Shown in pieces: positions 38,830-48,904 of a stretch of DNA of 64,000 nt; within the stretch, counting starts at the first letter, position 1; each line of letters starts with the position of its first letter. The DNA comes from an uncultured Gammaproteobacteria bacterium (GTDB taxonomy: Bacteria > Pseudomonadota > Gammaproteobacteria > Steroidobacterales > XN24). The notes below the pieces were generated by a model, which was given only the letters and a program-made list of their open reading frames with translations, had not been told where the DNA came from and ran no database searches. The DNA is taken from positions 84,041 to 148,040 of the forward strand of contig CAWJIJ010000001.1 of NCBI GenBank assembly GCA_963842955.1. The letters are read 5' to 3'. The position numbers and the translations under genes were made by a program.

Positions 38830-41306
38830 ACACCGCAGAGCGCGCCCCAGAGATTTCCGACAGCACGCTGGACGCCGCGATCGAGGCCGCTTGTGGCCGG
38901 ATCGCCCCCACCTGGCCGCTGGACCAGTTCATCGCCGTCAATCCCTACTGGGGCTGGCTGGATGAGACGTTTGACCGGACGGCAGCCGCGCTGGGACACT
39001 TGGCCGGCAGCCCGTTCTACCTGTCGCGGGACTACTATCGCGGCGCATGGAAGCGCGGAGAGATCGGGAAGGATGACCTTGTCGGGGCGCTGGAAGAAGC
39101 CGATGCCAGCGCGGCCCCCGATGAACTGGTCGCCGCGCTGAACGCCTCGGAAAACGCGCCTGCTTCTCTCAAGCTGCCCTCGGAGATCGCCGACCGGGCA
39201 TCAGGGGAAGTGCACCGGCCGAAGTGGGACGAGAGCATTACTCACCAGGTCAGCCAGTTTTGCGCGGCCTGGTACGACCAGGACCAGGCGGACTGGAAGC
39301 CGCCCCACGGCGAGGGTCTCTACGAGGGCTGGCGCCACGCGATTCAGTCGGAACATGGCCTTGCCTTGCTGATGGGTGCGCCGCAGATTGTCGCTCGCGC
39401 TGGTGGACTGCCGACAGATCCGATGTCGGTCATCTCCGAGGTGCTGGAGAATCTTGCGGTTCCCGAGGCCCGGCGGGAAGACGTTCTGACCGCGTGCCTG
39501 CTGCGGGTGGGCGGCTGGGCCGCCTGGTGCGCCTATCGACGCTGGTCCGCGCGCCTGGAGGGCTCCGATGACAACGACATCATCGATCTGCTCGCGATCC
39601 GCCTCGCCTGGGAACAACTGCTGGACGACGACCGCCGGGATCCCGATTCCCCCTGGGCCCGGTGGAACAGGGCGCTGGGAACGCCGGCTGACACGCCGGA
39701 TTCTGGCCCGCTGCCGATCTGGCAGCGCGCCCACGAAATCGCCTTCCAGCGTCAGCTGATCACGCAGCTCGAGGCGCCTGGCCCGATAGCTCGTCCCGAT
39801 GCTGCGGCCACCGGCGCAGCCGCTGAAGGTCCCGAGCTGCAGGCCGTGTTCTGCATCGACGTGCGCTCCGAGGTGTTTCGGCGCGCCCTGGAGAAGGCCA
39901 TGCCGGGGGCCCAGACCCTGGGCTTCGCCGGTTTCTTCGGTCTTCCCATTGCTTACACCCCCATCGGGACCGGGGAGCGGCGGCCCCAGCTGCCCGGACT
40001 CCTCGCGCCGACCCTGGAGGTGAGCGAGAGCTGTGGTGACCAGGCCCACGACCACGTTGTGGCGCGCCAGCGCTCGTCGACCATGCAGGGGCGGGCACCG
40101 TGGCGCGCCTTTTCCCGGGTTCCGGCATCCGCCTTCACCCTGGTCGAGGCCCTGGGGCTCGGCTATCTGGGCAAGCTGCTTCGCCGCAGTCTGCGCCCGG
40201 ACGACACGGCGCCCCGGCCCCATGAGGACGGTCTCCGCCCCGAGGTCACCGCAAAGCTCAAACCGGTCTTGTCCGGCGGCTCTGCCGATGCACGGGCGGA
40301 CCTGGCAGAGCAGGTGCTCAAGGCCATGGGTCTGACCGGGCAGTTTGCCCGATGGGTGCTCCTGGCGGGCCACGGAAGCCGCAGCGCCAACAATCCCCAT
40401 GCCGCGGGGCTGGACTGCGGCGCCTGCTGCGGCCAGACAGGCGAAGTGAATGCCCGCGCTCTGGCCGGGCTTCTCAACGACGCGGATGTGCGCGCGCGAC
40501 TCGCGAATCGGGGTATCCGGATACCGGCGGAGACCCGTTTCGTCGCGGCCCTGCATGACACCACCATCGACGAGGTGACGCTTTTCGACCTGGACGGAGC
40601 GGACCCGGAGAAAGCACGCAGCCTCGCGCGGGTGGAGCGGGCCCTGGAGGAGGCAGGTCGCCTCACTCGCGCGGAGCGTGCTCCGGCTCTCGGGCTGGAG
40701 GCTCTCGAGCAGCGTCCCGCCGAACTCGAGCGGTCCATCCGCGCCCGCGGCGGCGACTGGTCCCAGACCCGTCCGGAATGGGGGCTGGCAGGCAATGGGG
40801 CCTTCATCGTTGCGCCCCGGGAACGGAGCCGCGGCATCGACCTGGCCGGACGAGCATTCCTGCACGACTACGACTGGCGGTCCGATGAGAACGGCAGCGT
40901 CATAGAGCTGATCATGACCGCGCCCATGGTCGTAACCCACTGGATCAACATGCAGTACTACGCCTCGACGGTGGACAACCGGCGTTTCGGCAGCGGCAAC
41001 AAGGTGATCCACAACGTGGTGGGTGGGCGCATCGGCGTCTTCGAGGGCAACGGCGGCGACCTGCGTATCGGACTGTCAAAGCAGTCCCTGCACGACGGGC
41101 AACGCTGGATTCACGAGCCGCTCAGGCTGTCGGTTTTCATCGAGGCGCCCCGCGAGATGATCGATACGGTGATAGACAAGCACGATCTCGTACGTAGCCT
41201 GGTGGACAATCGCTGGTTGCACCTGTTTCGTATCGATCCCGAGACCGGCCAGGTGGAGGCCCGTGTCGCGGCGGGTTGGGCACAACACGGTGCCGGTGTT
41301 TTATAG
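38826..41306 (+). CDS. dabA: DabA (DUF2309 family), carbonic-anhydrase-like subunit of the DAB pump
   Basis: 826 aa. DUF2309 hallmarks include IAPTWPLDQFIAVNPYWGW. The putative zinc-ligand pattern is C-I-D in VFCIDVRSE (39852-39860) and H...C in GHGSRSANNPHAAGLDCGACCG (40371-40433). Confidence 0.88.
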   Translation: MNTAERAPEISDSTLDAAIEAACGRIAPTWPLDQFIAVNPYWGWLDETFDRTAAALGHLAGSPFYLSRDYYRGAWKRGEIGKDDLVGALEEADASAAPDELVAALNASENAPASLKLPSEIADRASGEVHRPKWDESITHQVSQFCAAWYDQDQADWKPPHGEGLYEGWRHAIQSEHGLALLMGAPQIVARAGGLPTDPMSVISEVLENLAVPEARREDVLTACLLRVGGWAAWCAYRRWSARLEGSDDNDIIDLLAIRLAWEQLLDDDRRDPDSPWARWNRALGTPADTPDSGPLPIWQRAHEIAFQRQLITQLEAPGPIARPDAAATGAAAEGPELQAVFCIDVRSEVFRRALEKAMPGAQTLGFAGFFGLPIAYTPIGTGERRPQLPGLLAPTLEVSESCGDQAHDHVVARQRSSTMQGRAPWRAFSRVPASAFTLVEALGLGYLGKLLRRSLRPDDTAPRPHEDGLRPEVTAKLKPVLSGGSADARADLAEQVLKAMGLTGQFARWVLLAGHGSRSANNPHAAGLDCGACCGQTGEVNARALAGLLNDADVRARLANRGIRIPAETRFVAALHDTTIDEVTLFDLDGADPEKARSLARVERALEEAGRLTRAERAPALGLEALEQRPAELERSIRARGGDWSQTRPEWGLAGNGAFIVAPRERSRGIDLAGRAFLHDYDWRSDENGSVIELIMTAPMVVTHWINMQYYASTVDNRRFGSGNKVIHNVVGGRIGVFEGNGGDLRIGLSKQSLHDGQRWIHEPLRLSVFIEAPREMIDTVIDKHDLVRSLVDNRWLHLFRIDPETGQVEARVAAGWAQHGAGVL

Positions 41307-41496
41307 GTCGATAACACCGCTCGAAATGCCGGCCGGTCCTTTTCTGGGCTCAAACTGGTCCCCGAGCTCGTCGAGGACAACTCGTCTAGGACCGGCCGAA
41401 CAGGCCGCGTCGCCCTGTCGCGGGATCAGGAGAGCGTACCCGATGACCTGATCACGCTCGTTCAGCGGCTGGTCGTATCGCGCTGCCGGCGGCCGT

Positions 41497-42240
41497 TCAC
41501 CAGGGAATGGGTTCGCCCTTGAGGTCGTAGAACTTGCCGTTGTCATCAGGTCCCAGTCCTTCGATCACGGCCACCAGGCCGGCGACACTTTCGGCAACCG
41601 GGTAAGTGGCGTTGGCGCCGCCCATATCCGTCTTCACCCAGCCGGGGTGGACCACGGTGAAGATGAAGCCTTCGTCCCGGAACTCCTCGCTGAGAATCTT
41701 GTTGACCTGGTTCAGCGCGGTCTTGCTCGAACGATAAGCGTACCAGCGGCCGTTGGAGCGTTCGATGCTCCCCAGGCCAGAAGACATGCCGATCACCGTC
41801 TTGCGCTCACCCGCCCGGAGGTTCGGCATCAGGGCCTGGGTCACTCGCAGCGGTCCGAAGGTATTCACCGCCAGGGTGCGCTCGAAGGCGTCGAAGTCCA
41901 CCTTGTCCAGCGTCACGTCCTCGCGGGGAAAGATACCGGCGTTGTTGATCAGAATGTCCACCGGCGTGCCGTCCAGACGCTGGGCAAACGCCGCGACACT
42001 GGCCGGGTCCGCGACATCCAGGGCTTCCACCCGATCCGCCACGGCCTTCAGATCGGTCGCATCACCAGGTTTCCGGGCCGTGCCGATAACCGTATAGCCC
42101 TTCGCCTTGAGCTGGCGGACGTACTCCAGGCCGATACCCCGGTTGGCCCCCGTCACCACGACGGTTCCCTCCGCGGCGAGCGCACCGAAAGACGACAGGG
42201 CGAGGCCGAAGGCCAGTACGGCGGCAAGTGTTTTCTTCAT
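41497..42240 (-). CDS. Short-chain dehydrogenase/reductase with an N-terminal signal-peptide-like segment
   Basis: MKKTLAAVLAFGLALSSFGALAAEG is followed directly by VVVTGANRGIG (the TGxxxGxG motif). YRSSK provides the catalytic Tyr-Lys. Confidence 0.85.
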   Translation of the reverse strand: MKKTLAAVLAFGLALSSFGALAAEGTVVVTGANRGIGLEYVRQLKAKGYTVIGTARKPGDATDLKAVADRVEALDVADPASVAAFAQRLDGTPVDILINNAGIFPREDVTLDKVDFDAFERTLAVNTFGPLRVTQALMPNLRAGERKTVIGMSSGLGSIERSNGRWYAYRSSKTALNQVNKILSEEFRDEGFIFTVVHPGWVKTDMGGANATYPVAESVAGLVAVIEGLGPDDNGKFYDLKGEPIPW

Positions 42241-42405
42241 CTCGATGATCTCCAGATGCCTGTGCCCGCGGAAAACAGTCCGGCGGCGGGCGATGGATGT
42301 GTCATTAATAACAGTTCTCGTTCGTCGATCTGCGGCAAGTCGATGCGCGCGGGCGTCCGCCGCGCATCGACCAGGGCCCGGCGCAGCGCGCGTGGCCGGC
42401 GGCCA

Positions 42406-44434
42406 TCATTCGCCAGTGGCTGGCGTTGCCGCGGCGAGACGGGCGAAACGCGGATTGTCGCGCAGGAAGTCCCAGCGCGGGTGAAGACGCAGGTCCCACC
42501 GGGTCGGCCCACCGGGCTGGTCCAGGTAACGTTCCAGAATATCGAGCCCCTCATCGGTCTGTCCGGCCAGAGCGAGAACCCGCCCCGCGCTGACAGTCAC
42601 CTCCGGTCCGTCGAAGGCATCCAGGGACACCGGGTCGGAAGCCAGGATGCGCCGGGCGAGACGGACACCCTGCTCGGTCTGCCCGATCCGCACGTAGGAC
42701 TCGGCGCTGATAGCTTTCCACGTCAACCAGTTGACGTTGTCGGTCGCCTCGAAAGGCTTGAGCGCTTCCACTGCTTATCGCGGCGTAGCGTTCCGCCGTG
42801 GCCTCATCGCCCATGAAGCCGTAGATCCAGCTCTTGAGGAAATAGGCGCCGCCGGCGGGGAAGCCCGCAAACATCTCCGCATAGTCGTCGGTCAATTCCA
42901 GGGCGCCCTGTAAATCGTCTTTGGCGAACAGGACGAACAGGTTGGCCACGAAGAAATCCGGATGCAGCACGGGCTCGGCGCCGGCAAGGACTGCGGCGGC
43001 CCCATCCAGATCACCGTAGCCCGATCGGTAGATCTCCGAGCGCAGGGCTTTGAACACGGAATCGTCCGGGTGCGCGCTCAGCAGCGCGTCGGCATATTCG
43101 GCAGCGGCGGGCCAGCGGCGCGCGGCAACCAGCGTTTCCAGCCGGAGACGCTTTTTGCTCATGGCGCCAGGGTCGAGCTGGGTGGCCGCTCGCAGGCTCT
43201 CCATCGCCTCGTCCCACATTCCCAGCCGCCGCTGGGTTACGCCCAGGGTCTCCAGGATCGTGGCGTTGTTCGGGAACCGCTTGTGCGCCGCCTCGAGTTC
43301 TTCCAGCGCGCGCTCGTAGTTATTGAAACCCCGATAGTAGTACTCGGCCAGCGCCGCCCGCGCTTCCGGCAGGTCGGGCTGCAGTTCGAATGCGCGGTCG
43401 ATGGATGCCTTCGCCAGGTTCAGGCGCTGTGCCGACCGGTCCACGTCCAGCCAGTACATGTTGGTGTGGACGGAACCCAGCATCGCGTGGGCCACCGCGA
43501 AGTCCGGGTCCAGCTCGACGGCCTTCTCCAGCAGCGGCTCCATGGCCGTGATCTGCGCAGCGCTGTAGATGCTGCCCCGGCCGATTTCGCGAGCCCTGGC
43601 GTACTGGTCATAGGCGTCGATGTTGCGGGTCGGCACCTGCTGCAAGGCCTGTTCTTCGTCGGCGGAGAGCCGGGCCTCCAGGGCGGCCACGATCTCACGG
43701 GCGATTTCCGTCTGGATCTCGAAGACATCAGAGAGATCGCGATCGTAGTTTTCCGCCCAGAGATGTTCCTCGGTCTTTGCGTCGATGAGCTGGGCCGTCA
43801 CCCGGACCCGATTACCGGCCCGGCGCACGCTCCCCTCGACGATATGGTCGACGTTCAGCGCCGCCGCGATGGCCGCGATGCCTGTCGTGTTATCGGCAAA
43901 AGGCTGGACAGAGGAGCGGGCGATCACCCGCAGGTCCGCGATCTTCGCGAGATAGGTGAGGATGTCCTCGTGTACGCCGCTCGCGAAAAAGGCATTGTCG
44001 GCTCGCTCGCTCATGTTCTCAAAGGGCAGAACCGCGATGGATTTGGGACCGGTGTCCGGGCCGGGCGCGTTGTTCCCGACCCAGTCATGGGTGGTCACGA
44101 AGTAGGCGAGGGCGACGGACAACAGCGCGATGATGGCGAAGTCCGTCTTGCGTCCCGACTTCCGGGTCCCGGGGTCGCTGCGGTCCACGTCGGTTTCCCG
44201 CTTGATGCCCTCGGGGGTGATTTCGAAAATCCAGGCGAGCAGCAGAGCGACGGGCAGGCCCAGGGCCAGGGCCAGCAGCAGCGATTGCATGGCCCACGAA
44301 GGAGCCTCGAAGCTTTCCAGCACGAGGTCTGCGACCTGAGCGATCAGCCAGGCTGCGACCGCATAGCCGATTCCCACGCGGATGACGTTGCGCTGCTTCA
44401 GTTCGCCGAAGAAAGACGTGGGCTTTTGCGTCAT
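42406..44434 (-). pseudogene. Membrane-anchored TPR repeat protein, interrupted by one frameshift
   Basis: ORF 42551-44434 has an N-terminal TM region, a TolB-N-like region and TPRs. It loses sense after ...AERYAAI at about 42775. ORF 42406-42771, in another frame, continues as AVEALKPFEATDNVNW...LRLHPRWDFLRDNPRF. Removing one A from ATAAGC restores the frame. Confidence 0.7.
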
Positions 44435-44662
44435 GGCGTTGGGGCCTGAACCGCGAGATCCGAAAAAACTGGACCATTCTACTGTGAAGGACCCGAACGG
44501 ATAGTGGCGGGCGGATCTTGGGGAATCAGCGGGTCCCGCCTGCGCACCATCCGTTCAGGCATTCGACCGCGCCACCCGGGCCCCGTTCCCGCAGCCCGTC
44601 GTCAGGCGTCCGCCAGTTGCCGGCGGCGATCTCCCACCACCGGCCCGGGCTTCGGTGTATCG

Positions 44663-46463
44663 CTAGAGTGCCGGGCCGGCATCTTCCCCGAGCAACAGGC
44701 GGCGCAGCATCGGGATGGGTGGGCCGCCGCGAGAGAGGAAGGTGTCATGGAATTCGCCCCATGCCTCGCGGCCGCCCCGGTCCGCGGTCCAGTCCTCCCG
44801 GAGCTGGCGGATCATGAGTTTGCCCAGCGTGTAGTTGAGATAGCCGGGGTCGTAGGTGCCCCGGGCGGCCTGCTGGCGGGCATTGCCCGGATCCTGGAAA
44901 GCCTTTTCCCGGAACAGGGTTTCGCATTCCGCCACGCTCATGTCCTGGGTATGCAGCCCGATGGCGCAAAGGTAGCGGGCGTTGCGATACAGCGCCTTGT
45001 TGATCTGCCCGATGCGGAACTCGGCGTCTCCGCCGGGCGAGTCCGCCCGTGAGACCGGCTTCGGCCATCATCTCTTCGGTGTAGTGGGCCCATCCTTCGG
45101 CATAGGCATATCCGACGAAGTTACTGGCCGATGGGACTCGCGGAGCGGTTGGAGTGCAGGAACTGGAGAAAATGCCCCGGCCAGACCTCGTGCACCGAGG
45201 TGGACATCAGGTCGGCGGCGCCGGGAACGTAGTCGAACTGCTCCTGTTCGGGCCAGTTCGGATCCGGGGGCGCAATGTAGTACGTGGACGGCATGCCCCG
45301 CTCGTAGGGACCGGCGACGTAGATGAAGGCGAAGTTGCTGCGTGCGTACGGGGGCGCTTCCTCCACGAAGATGGGATCGTCCGCCGGAATGCTGGCGAGC
45401 CTCTGCTCCAGCATGAACGTCTTGATCCGGTCCAGCTGGTCCCGGGCCCCGCGACCGCGCCACCGGCCGGCTTGTTGGCGTTCATCGCCGCCATGCAGCC
45501 CGGACGGTCGGTTCCCGGAGCAAACGTTGCGCAGGCCTCGTCCAGCAGGGCGAGGTTACGCTCGAGGTCGGCGCGGCCGAGGACCGCGAGTTCGTCCAGC
45601 GGGATCTCGACCTGCTCGGTTTCGCGCAGCATCGCGGCGAACAGTTCGGGTCCGAGGGCGTAGTCTTCGGTGGCCGTGTCCCGCAGGCCCTCGAACCAGG
45701 ACCCCAGTTCGGCGAGCGACATGGCCGCCTGGCCAATGGCCTCGTTGAACTCGGCCACCAGCTCCGGGTCATCCACCTCGGCGAAAGCCGCGGTAACGTC
45801 ATCGATGAAATAGCGCGACATCCCGTTGAACCGGGCAACGCCCAGTTCCACCCAGGTGCGTGGCATCGGCGTGTCCAGATTGTCCCTGATCTGTTCCAGG
45901 GCGACCGGGAGGTTGCGCGCGAACTCGGTCATGTGGCGCATCCGGGTGTCAACCGGCGCATAGGGCTTGGTGACGTACACCGACGGGTTCAGGTAATCCG
46001 AACCCCAGTCGAAATAGGCCTCGAGGTTGCGAAACGGCCAGCGTGCGTCGCGCATCCAGAACAGGTTTCGATCGAGCACGGCCAGCATGTACTCGCGATC
46101 GAACCGTTGGTCGGGCGTCAGGCCCGAGGGGTCCACGGCCTCGACCCGGGACTTCCATTCAGCCAGGCGATCGATCTCGGCGAGCAGTCCCGTTCGGCTC
46201 CAGTCGGGGAACTGCCCCGCGTACTCGGTCTTGCCGGCGGCAAACGCGGCAATGGGATGCGCGTCGAGCCATTCGCTGACGAACCTCGCGCTCAATTCGT
46301 CCCAGTCGGTGGCTGCCGCTGCGGCGACCGGTTCGGCCGTCCGGGCCTGTGCGGACGCGGTGGCCTCGGGCTTGGCGGGCTCGCGATCGCCACAGCCGGC
46401 CAGGACAAGGACAGAAATTACAGACACACAGTGCAGGGCTCGGCGCATGGATAGCTCCGTCAT
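44663..46463 (-). pseudogene. DUF885 family lipoprotein, interrupted by three frameshifts
   Basis: Lipobox LAGCG. DUF885-like sequence is spread over four frames/ORFs: 45207-46463, 45121-45414 (HEVWPGHFLQ), a 44950-45120 piece (FVGYAYAEGWAHYTEEMMAEAGL) and 44663-44941. The shifts fall at about 45445, 45120 and 45040. Confidence 0.75.
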
Positions 46464-46628
46464 GGGGATGGAAAACGCGAGGCCCCGGGGCCCCGTCGCT
46501 GAACAGCCGCGGCGAGTCTAGCGCAATTCAGGAGGCGTCCGAAAACGCCATGCGGGACCGGATCCCGCTCCGATGCGCGAGCGGGCATGACGGTTCGAGG
46601 GAACGGGCCCTTCGCGGAGCGCGCGGTC

Positions 46629-47366
46629 TCACGCGGGCGACGGGGCTAGCTGTGCGCGAGGCATTTTCCAGAGCAGCCACGCCGCCCAGATCCAGATCAA
46701 GATGCCCGGAATCAGCAGCTTCAGTACCGTGGCCGGCGAGTCTTCCAGGGCGCTGCCGATGCCGCCTGCAGCCGCAAAAGCCACGAAGTCGAAACCGGCG
46801 TGGACGGCGATCGGCAGCCAGATAGACTGATCCCGCGCTCGGGCACACGCAAATACGGCACCTACCGCCGAGGCGAACACGCTCTGGGCGAGGATGACGG
46901 CAACGGCGTCGGTGACCAGCAGGCCTCCCAGGTGTGCGGCACCGAACGCCAGCGCGGAGATCAGAACGCGCCGTCGCATGGACTGGTCTTCGAACCAGTG
47001 GAAAACCAGCCCGCGGAACATGAGCTCTTCGGCGAATCCCACGCAAAAGGCGACGGCGGCAAGGGCGGCGAGAGTCCCGGTGTCCGGCAGGGCCAGCGGC
47101 CCCGACATGATCAGGATCATCAGCAGGAACAGGGGCCAGTAGATCGGCAGGGTCCGGAAGTTCGTCGCGCCCACCAGGCCGGAGGCGGCCGCCTGCCGGG
47201 TGATGAGCACGTAGGCCAGCAACAGAATGCCAAGCAATGACTTATTGACGAGGTAGTACGTAGTCTCCGACGCCAGGCCGCCGAAGCCCCACCCCATGAG
47301 GCGGCCGTATACCGTCGTGGCGGCGAGCAGAATGACGAGCCGGATGAGGCCGGGATGGAGGTTCAT
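46629..47366 (-). CDS. CPBP family intramembrane glutamic endopeptidase (CAAX protease/Abi type)
   Basis: 245 aa multi-TM protein with the motifs FAEELMFRGLVF and FGAAH...VHAGFD. Confidence 0.85.
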   Translation of the reverse strand: MNLHPGLIRLVILLAATTVYGRLMGWGFGGLASETTYYLVNKSLLGILLLAYVLITRQAAASGLVGATNFRTLPIYWPLFLLMILIMSGPLALPDTGTLAALAAVAFCVGFAEELMFRGLVFHWFEDQSMRRRVLISALAFGAAHLGGLLVTDAVAVILAQSVFASAVGAVFACARARDQSIWLPIAVHAGFDFVAFAAAGGIGSALEDSPATVLKLLIPGILIWIWAAWLLWKMPRAQLAPSPA

Positions 47367-47417
47367 GGCGAGGCCCTAATGCGAATATAGGTTCACATTA
47401 ACATGAGCGCGCAATTT

Positions 47418-47435
47418 TGTGAATGCCAGTTCACA
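47418..47435. promoter_or_regulatory. Candidate TetR operator (perfect 6-6-6 palindrome TGTGAA-TGCCAG-TTCACA)
   Basis: Lies in the 109-bp divergent region between the CPBP protease gene and the tetR-family gene. A further GTTCACAT copy is about 35 bp upstream. Confidence 0.45.
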
Positions 47436-47475
47436 TCTGGTATCGTCCCGGGCTTCACCTATCCGGTAGCAAGCC

Positions 47476-48123
47476 ATGGAGTCCGTTCTCACGCCCCGGC
47501 AGGCGCGCTCGCAGCAAACCCAGGAGCGGTTGCTCGAAGCCCTCGAGTCGCTGCTCGATGATCGCGTGTTCGAGAAAATCACGATCCAGGACATCGCCGA
47601 AGAGGCCGGTGTAGCCGTGGGGACGATCTATCGGCGCTTCCGCAACAAAGAGGCGCTTCTCCCGGTGTTGTACCGACGGCTCGACGGGAAGATGGATGCC
47701 TGGGCGGCCACAGTCTGGCGGGGCCGAATCGAATCCCCGGCGGGTGACGACGACAGCGCGCTGCGGGCCGTGCTGCGCCGGCTGGTCATGGCCCACGTGC
47801 GTTTTTATCGCGACAACGCCCCGATTTTGCGTACGCTGTATCTGCAGGTGAGGCTGGATGGCGAACTGGCAAGCCCCGCGGTGGCGACACGTCGTCGGGA
47901 CCTTTATAAATCGCTCCTTGAGCCGGTGTGGGATGCCCTGAAGGCAGCCGGCTGGCCTGTGCCCACGCCGTCCCGCGCCCGGTGCTTCGTGCTGCTGTTG
48001 CTTGCGCCGATGACCGAGCGCTGCCTGTTCCCCGACAACACGCCGGCCTCGACTCTCACTATGTCGGACCGACAGTTCGTGGCCGAACTCACCCAGGCCC
48101 TTTACCGGTATCTGTCCCCCTGA
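47476..48123 (+). CDS. TetR family transcriptional regulator
   Basis: The N-terminal HTH block FEKITIQDIAEEAGVAVGTIYRRFRNKEALL is typical of TetR_N. Confidence 0.9.
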   Translation: MESVLTPRQARSQQTQERLLEALESLLDDRVFEKITIQDIAEEAGVAVGTIYRRFRNKEALLPVLYRRLDGKMDAWAATVWRGRIESPAGDDDSALRAVLRRLVMAHVRFYRDNAPILRTLYLQVRLDGELASPAVATRRRDLYKSLLEPVWDALKAAGWPVPTPSRARCFVLLLLAPMTERCLFPDNTPASTLTMSDRQFVAELTQALYRYLSP

Positions 48124-48398
48124 CTGGCCTGCCCTTGGAACAAGAAGAGTGGGTCAGACCTGTCAGGAAGCTCACGACACGGTGAATGATGCTCGGAGCG
48201 AGGCTGAACCGGCCTGGGCAAACGGCAAGCACAACACGATGACCGGCCCCGAACGATTCCCCCGACTCGTGGGGCGCGCAGCACAAGAAGCGTGCGTGCC
48301 ATCCTGGGTCGATGACCCGATCGCCGCGCTCCGTAGGTGAAACCGCTTAGCCGGGCGCGGGGGCGCCAACTCCTGCTGCGCGACCCGTCGGGCCAGGG

Positions 48399-48839
48399 TC
48401 AGGCAGAGTTCAGGGACGGTCGGCTCAGCCAGTGGAAGCACAGGCCGCCGAGGGCACCTGCGGCGCCCTGTCCCATCAGGCCTGCCGTCGTCCGGGTGAC
48501 CGCGACGGGGGTGAGACCCAGGGCGGCCCTCATGATCAGATGCAGGGCCACGATAGCGGTGAATCCGGCCAGTGCATACAGCAATGCCCGATGCCGGGGC
48601 AGGCGCCTGGTGAGGCCTGCGGCAACCGGCAGGCCGAACGCGAAGGCGCCGGCAATCAGCGGCAGGTAACTGGATGCCATGCCGACGAGGTCGTGGACGG
48701 TCGTGGCCGCCCAGTCCCCGACACCGACCTTCATGCCGAGCATCTGCAGGCTGCCGAGATTGGACTGGGTGGCCAGCGTGCTAGCCATGACGTAGGCCAG
48801 CAGGACCGCGGCAAAAAAGGCCTTGAGCACGCGAGCCAT
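48399..48839 (-). CDS. Hypothetical membrane protein
   Basis: 146 aa with four hydrophobic segments. I recognise no family. Confidence 0.45.
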   Translation of the reverse strand: MARVLKAFFAAVLLAYVMASTLATQSNLGSLQMLGMKVGVGDWAATTVHDLVGMASSYLPLIAGAFAFGLPVAAGLTRRLPRHRALLYALAGFTAIVALHLIMRAALGLTPVAVTRTTAGLMGQGAAGALGGLCFHWLSRPSLNSA

Positions 48840-48904
48840 GGCGCCGGTTTCGTCTGAAAGGTGCGACTATAGTGACGCGATATCTGGCGCTTGGAAACCC
48901 AGCT

